This document shows, in pieces, positions 49,785-54,727 of a DNA stretch of 54,727 nt. The stretch's first letter is position 1, and each line of letters starts with the position of its first letter. The notes beneath the pieces are model-generated. The model saw only the letters and a list, made by a program, of their open reading frames with translations. It was not told the DNA's origin and searched no databases. Origin of the DNA: Candidatus Bathyarchaeota archaeon. GTDB taxonomy: Archaea > Thermoproteota > Bathyarchaeia > Bathyarchaeales > Bathycorpusculaceae. Location of the stretch: NCBI GenBank assembly GCA_963815095.1, contig CAWFFH010000009.1, forward strand, positions 1 to 54,727. The letters are read 5' to 3'. The position numbers and the translations under genes are program-made.

Positions 49785-50750
49785 TTAGAGTTCGTTTACT
49801 GTTCCAGGTATACGTGGGAATGGTTGACATTCAGCGATATGTTTGACGCCTGCAAGCCAGCCGACTAAACGTTCCATGCCTATGCCTCCGCCAGCGGTGG
49901 GTTTGAGTCTGCCTTCCTTGGCCATTTTCAGCACTAGGGCGTAGTTTTCTTTTTTGACTTGGTCGCGTTCAATCTTCTTTAGGATTTTAGTGTATTCATA
50001 TTCGCGTTTTGCACCTGAGAGGACTTCGCCGAATTGAGGCAGGAACAAATCGTAGTTGTCCCATTTGCCTGTCTTGAAGTCTTCAAAGTCATAGAATTCT
50101 CTTGGAATGTTGGTTACCCAGACAGGTTCTTTCGTTTCTTGAGATATGCCTGCTTCCCAGTCTGCACCGTATTTGGCTTCAAGGTCTACGCGGTCGTAGA
50201 TTTTGAAGGGAGTCTTGGGTGCTTTGAGGGTATCGCAGCGGCACAGAGTAGTTAATTCACCTTTCATATCTTTCTTTAAGTCTTTGACAAGGGTGCCTAT
50301 GGCTTCTTCAACCAAAGCGAAAACGTCTTGTGAGGATGCACCTTGAGCTTCAAAATCTAATTGGGTAAACTCGTAAATGTGCTTGCCAGTTTTTGCACGC
50401 TCCGCTTTCTCAATACGTATGTTGGGTGAGAGTATGAATAGTCTAGGGTAAGCGGTTGAGGCGGCGACGAGTTTGTGGATTATCATGCTGGCGGTGGTTC
50501 GGACTGGTTTGCCGTATATGTCGACTTCGATTCGTTTCTCGATGGATGCGCCTGGATCGGGCCACAGAGGGTCAGTACTTTGGCTTAACGCTACGGGTAG
50601 AAGCCATTGGAATCCTTTGTTAACAAAAGTTGTTGAGAGACTTTTTAGGGTATAAGTCATGACTTTGCCTATACAGGCTTTTCTTTCTATTTCCGTTGCA
50701 GTTAGCTGGTCTAACGGTTTGGGCATTTCGATTAATTCTTGTTTTGGCAA
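49785..50750 (-). CDS. asnA: Archaeal asparagine synthetase A (AsnRS-like, no anticodon domain)
   Basis: TDPLWPDP, SMIIHK, SPNIRIE, EFTQLDFE, GEVLSG, GGIGMERL. Confidence 0.88.
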   Translation of the reverse strand: MPKQELIEMPKPLDQLTATEIERKACIGKVMTYTLKSLSTTFVNKGFQWLLPVALSQSTDPLWPDPGASIEKRIEVDIYGKPVRTTASMIIHKLVAASTAYPRLFILSPNIRIEKAERAKTGKHIYEFTQLDFEAQGASSQDVFALVEEAIGTLVKDLKKDMKGELTTLCRCDTLKAPKTPFKIYDRVDLEAKYGADWEAGISQETKEPVWVTNIPREFYDFEDFKTGKWDNYDLFLPQFGEVLSGAKREYEYTKILKKIERDQVKKENYALVLKMAKEGRLKPTAGGGIGMERLVGWLAGVKHIAECQPFPRIPGTVNEL

Positions 50751-50874
50751 TTTAGATCACTTGGAGTTGTTTTGGTGTACATTGTGCAGGGAAGGTAATA
50801 AATTTTCTACAATAAAACATGATTAATTTACAATAAATACAACTTTTTATAGTTGGAACCTGTAATATTTACAT

Positions 50875-51384
50875 ATGAGCATTAAACTAGACGAAAAAGA
50901 CCTCGCAATCCTAACTCTCATCCAAGATAACAGCAAACTAACAGCCAACCAAATAGCCAAAAAAATTAACATTCCAATCACCACTGTCTTCGCCAAAACC
51001 AAACGCATGGAAGAAATGGGCATAATAAAACAGTATCGAGCTATCCTCTCAGCTGAAAAACTTAACCTCGGCACCGCCGCTTTCATCTTAGCAGCTGTGT
51101 CCTACAGTGCAAAAAACGATGACCAAACCCCAATATCCCAAAGGCAGGTTGCAGAAGAGATTTCCCGCTTCCCTGAGGTGCAAGAAGTGCATATAATTAC
51201 TGGTGATTGGGATTTGCTTGTAAAGTTGCGTGCAGAGAACGTGGAAGCCATCGGCAAGTTTGTGGTTGATAAGTTGCGGTTGATTAAAGGCTTAGACAAG
51301 ACCTTGACATGCATGGTGTTTGAAACGGTAAAAGAATCAACGAGCCTGCCTCAAACATTCAGAAAAACCCTTCTGAAGCCATAG
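50875..51384 (+). CDS. Lrp/AsnC transcriptional regulator
   Basis: LDEKDLAIL HTH; ITGDWD RAM domain; divergent from asnA. Confidence 0.92.
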   Translation: MSIKLDEKDLAILTLIQDNSKLTANQIAKKINIPITTVFAKTKRMEEMGIIKQYRAILSAEKLNLGTAAFILAAVSYSAKNDDQTPISQRQVAEEISRFPEVQEVHIITGDWDLLVKLRAENVEAIGKFVVDKLRLIKGLDKTLTCMVFETVKESTSLPQTFRKTLLKP

Positions 51385-51843
51385 TTAGGCTGAGCTTGAA
51401 TAATACAGCAAAGGCAATGCCAATAGAACGGTGTTTTTTCCTTTAGCAGTCAGAGCATATTCTACCCTTAGGGGGGGACCATCAGTAACGTTTCTGGTTA
51501 TGTATCCATGTTTCTGCAGCATCTTAAGTTTGTCAGAGAGCGTACGAGAATTGACGGTTAAGATTTTCTTAATGCTTCCAAAACCGATGGCGTCTTTAAT
51601 AAGCAATGTATAGAGAATTTCCAAGCTCCATTTCTGGAACAGAAAGTTGAAACTTTCCTCGAGACTTTCGAGTTCATCCTTGAGTTCTGTTGGCGTAATT
51701 TTTTGTTTTTCTATGATTTCATTGAAGGTTACTTCTACGCCTTTTAACACTTGATTCATTCTGGCTTCAACGAGCTTGCGGAATTCCGCGCTCAAAGTTA
51801 GTGGGGCACTCATGCACTCTACACTCGGTGTGGTTTTGCTCAC
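51385..51843 (-). CDS. HxlR-family wHTH regulator
   Basis: KWSLEIL, RTLSDKLK, PLRVEYALT. Confidence 0.88.
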   Translation of the reverse strand: MSKTTPSVECMSAPLTLSAEFRKLVEARMNQVLKGVEVTFNEIIEKQKITPTELKDELESLEESFNFLFQKWSLEILYTLLIKDAIGFGSIKKILTVNSRTLSDKLKMLQKHGYITRNVTDGPPLRVEYALTAKGKNTVLLALPLLYYSSSA

Positions 51844-51913
51844 TTCATAATTTATTAAGCTTTACATATACAACAAGGTATACAAAGTAAAGTTAACTGG
51901 AGGAAACAATCAC

Positions 51914-53275
51914 TTGGAAAAATATGACGCAATAGTTGTTGGCGCAGGAACAGCAGGCTGCCTTGCAGCAAAAACCATCGCTGAAAAAGGCTTAAAAGTC
52001 TGTATCGTTGAAAAGAAAAAACGCGAAGAAATCGGCGAAAAAATCTGCGGCGACGCCCTAGGTGAACACCACCTAAAGTTCCTCGGATTAGAAAAACCAA
52101 CAGGCGGCGAACTCGAAAGTAAAATTGATGGCATAAAAATTTACTCCCCAGACGAAAACACCGTCTTCACTATCGCAGATAAAGACTTTATTGGCTTCCT
52201 TCTTAACAGACGTCTTTTTGGTCAGTGGCTTCTTAACAAAGCCATAGACAAAGGCGCCCTTTTACAGGACAACATGAACTTCCGTGCCCCGATAATTGAA
52301 AAAGGCGCAGTCGTAGGTCTTACAGCAAAGAATATGAAAACGGGCAAAGTCACAGAGATGCGCAGCAAAGTTGTAGTTGACGCAAGCGGCTATTTTGGTA
52401 TGGTACGCAAACAATTACCTCCAGAAATGGGAATCGACCGCGACATAGCAAACGAAGACGTTGAAGCATGCTACAGAGAAATCCGCCAACTCAAACAAGA
52501 AAACGAAAACACAAACTTCTGCGAAATCTACCTAAACCAAAAAGCATCCCCAGGCGGTTACATATGGATTTTCCCCAAAGGCGGCGCACGCGTAAACGTC
52601 GGCTTAGGCATCTGCATGCGCAAAAACTACCCCAATCCCAAAGAACAACTCTATAACACAGCCTTCAAAAAACCAATCTTTGATGGCTCCTTAGTTTTGA
52701 CTGGTGGCTCATGGTTTGACCCTGTCCGCAGACCTTTAGACAACATGGTTTCAAACGGAGTTATGTTGGTCGGCGACGCTGCCTCGCTAGTTAACCCGAT
52801 TCATGGCGGCGGCATAGGACCCTCAATGCTAAGCGGCTACTTTGCGGGGCAACAAATCGTTGAAGCACTAAACAAAGGTGAACCAACAAAAGAAGCACTC
52901 TGGGGCTACAACAAGAAATACATCGACACCTACGGCAAGAAACAGGGTACGCTTGACATCTTCAAAATGTTCCTCTTATCATGCAGTGATGAAGACCTCA
53001 ACTATGGCATGAATGAGAAACTCATGACCGAAGACGACGTACTTAAAGCAGGCATGGGCGACGACTTCCACCTAAACATCACCGAAACAGCAAAACGCGT
53101 CTTTAGAGGCCTCCGCCGAGTTGGGTTCCTCAACAGATTGCGCTTGACGGTTACAATGATGAAGGGTCTGAGAGCACACTACAATACCTACCCAGCCTCG
53201 CCTGAAGGGTTTGAGCCATGGCGCCTCCAAACCATAAAATTGATTGAGGACGCAAGAAAAAAACTCGTAGATTAG
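51914..53275 (+). CDS. Geranylgeranyl (DGGGPL) reductase family flavoprotein
   Basis: VVGAGTAG, KICGDA, PGGYIWIFPK, VGDAA, PIHGGGI. Confidence 0.9.
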   Translation: MEKYDAIVVGAGTAGCLAAKTIAEKGLKVCIVEKKKREEIGEKICGDALGEHHLKFLGLEKPTGGELESKIDGIKIYSPDENTVFTIADKDFIGFLLNRRLFGQWLLNKAIDKGALLQDNMNFRAPIIEKGAVVGLTAKNMKTGKVTEMRSKVVVDASGYFGMVRKQLPPEMGIDRDIANEDVEACYREIRQLKQENENTNFCEIYLNQKASPGGYIWIFPKGGARVNVGLGICMRKNYPNPKEQLYNTAFKKPIFDGSLVLTGGSWFDPVRRPLDNMVSNGVMLVGDAASLVNPIHGGGIGPSMLSGYFAGQQIVEALNKGEPTKEALWGYNKKYIDTYGKKQGTLDIFKMFLLSCSDEDLNYGMNEKLMTEDDVLKAGMGDDFHLNITETAKRVFRGLRRVGFLNRLRLTVTMMKGLRAHYNTYPASPEGFEPWRLQTIKLIEDARKKLVD

Positions 53276-53371
53276 CCCTTAGCTAATCTTTTCTTTTGCT
53301 TTTTTTATCTTTTAGTTTTTATAAACGCTTAAATTCCAAGTACACGTGTGTGGATACTTACTGGTGAAAAG

Positions 53372-53719
53372 ATGGTTTACTGTTCTAACTGCGGAACAAA
53401 AATAGAAGATGGAGCATATTTCTGTTATAAATGCGGAACAAAAACTCAAGTAGGAAAAAATGCAAAAGCTATGTATCCTTCTGATGAGTTACGGGACGCG
53501 TTTTACCAAGTTGGACTTGAACTCGAAAAAGCCTTCACCGTGGCGGCAAGAGAAACGCAATCAGCATTTAAGAAAGTTAGCGAGAACATGCAGCAAAAAA
53601 ACGCCACCTCAAGTACCCAAGAAAATGTTGTATGTACTAGCTGCGGAACAAAGAATAGTTCTGGCGCGGTTTTCTGCCATAACTGCGGAGAAAAAGTAGC
53701 ATCTGCTGGAAGCACCTAA
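53372..53719 (+). CDS. Double Zn-ribbon protein
   Basis: CSNCG..CYKCG and CTSCG..CHNCG. Confidence 0.85.
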   Translation: MVYCSNCGTKIEDGAYFCYKCGTKTQVGKNAKAMYPSDELRDAFYQVGLELEKAFTVAARETQSAFKKVSENMQQKNATSSTQENVVCTSCGTKNSSGAVFCHNCGEKVASAGST

Positions 53720-53722
53720 AAA

Positions 53723-54196
53723 ATGAGCACAGGCAAGACGCTTATTGCGTATGAAAGTAAGCTTGGAGCTACCGCGGATTCAGCGAGAAAAATAGCAGAA
53801 ACCCTTCGCTCAAAGTTTCAATTAGAGGTTGATTTAGTTGACCTCAAAGTGCAGAAAACCGTTGATCTTTCGTTGTACCAAAACGTCATTGTCGGCGGCG
53901 GTGTGAGAGGCGGAAGAGTTTACAGTAAAACATTAAAGTTTCTTGAGAACGATTTAAGCGGCAAAAATGTCGCCTTTTTTGTTTCCTCTACTTGGGCTGG
54001 TACTCCTGGAAGCTATGATAACGCAAAAGCCAAATTTGTAGAAAAAACATTAACTAAATACCCCAAAATAAACGCCGTCAGCACAGAAGCCTTCGGCGGG
54101 CGCATAAGATATTTTAGAAAAACCATGGTAGATAACACAGATTTGGTCAAGGTTGAGGTTTGGGCAGAAGAACTTGGAAAGAAATTCACCCAATAA
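53723..54196 (+). CDS. Flavodoxin-domain protein (HemG-like)
   Basis: IAYESKLGAT, VGGGV, AFF, FGGR. Confidence 0.85.
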   Translation: MSTGKTLIAYESKLGATADSARKIAETLRSKFQLEVDLVDLKVQKTVDLSLYQNVIVGGGVRGGRVYSKTLKFLENDLSGKNVAFFVSSTWAGTPGSYDNAKAKFVEKTLTKYPKINAVSTEAFGGRIRYFRKTMVDNTDLVKVEVWAEELGKKFTQ

Positions 54197-54398
54197 GTCA
54201 AAGGGCACTAAGGCAGGTGCTTTGCTTTGCCCTACATGCTGCATTGAATATGTTGAAGTTGAGTTTGACTTGGAAATCGACGGTGTAATACTGCATGATG
54301 TAAAGGCGCTCCGGTGTCCCGGATGCGAAGAAGAACTGTTCACGCCAGAACAATATGAAAAAATCAAAAAGAGAATTTGCGATTCAACAGAGATGTAA
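54153..54398 (+). CDS. YgiT-type Zn-finger protein (start uncertain)
   Basis: CPTC...ALRCPGCEEELF. Confidence 0.55.
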   Translation: MRFGQKNLERNSPNKSKGTKAGALLCPTCCIEYVEVEFDLEIDGVILHDVKALRCPGCEEELFTPEQYEKIKKRICDSTEM

Positions 54399-54727
54399 CA
54401 TATGTCTATTTTAAAAGCCAACTCAAATTTGTAAATGTGTTTTGACTAAAAAAAATCCTTCTAAAGCTCAAATCGACAACTTTATGGAGAAGTTGCTGCT
54501 AATGCTGCTGCAATAATAGAATTTTGCAAATCGATTGTTGCATCTTTCAAAACTAAACACAAATACACCGTTTTTTCACTGAAAGTTTTTCGGTTGAGCC
54601 GACAGAAGCCAGAGAAGTTGTTGTTGTTGCAACTGCGTTCCGCACAATGGGTGCAACAACAACCCATCTTTGGATTGGACAAAGTTCTAACCCAGTGATA
54701 AAGCCTCGATCCCTATTCTTACTTTCG

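Noticed and set aside
54482-54727. ORFs at the right window edge
   Set aside because: Truncated or ambiguous frames with no identifiable product

Overview
Archaeal chromosomal window; the gene set, CCA-encoding tRNAs and a large PQQ-like surface protein suggest Bathyarchaeia (inference). Housekeeping flanks (tRNA-His, tyrS; cbiB-cobD, dph5, ribL, ribK, htpX, pckG, asnA, geranylgeranyl reductase) surround a ~23 kb island (~14101-37459). The island is bounded by tRNA-Leu(CAG) and a degenerate 29-bp copy of its 3' end. It carries: (i) an IS1182 with visible IRs and TSD; (ii) a minimal adaptation-less type III (III-F-like) CRISPR effector: cas6, a cas10 with HD motifs but no GGDD, a cas5 fused to a Cas11-like domain, and a single cas7, followed by a two-repeat, one-spacer mini-array with its own putative promoter; (iii) an archaeal ATPase flanked by matching iterated palindromes; (iv) a Lamassu/ABC-three-component system with a Cap4-like nuclease and a Walker B D>Y change; (v) three orphan PD-(D/E)XK-like proteins; (vi) two convergent DDE transposase-like genes next to a ~120-nt hairpin. 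The left junction holds three tandem degenerate tRNA 3' ends and an integrase remnant. Outside the island is an aRF1 paralog lacking the NIKS, YxCxxxF and GGQ motifs. All calls come from motifs read by eye; no database searches were run.
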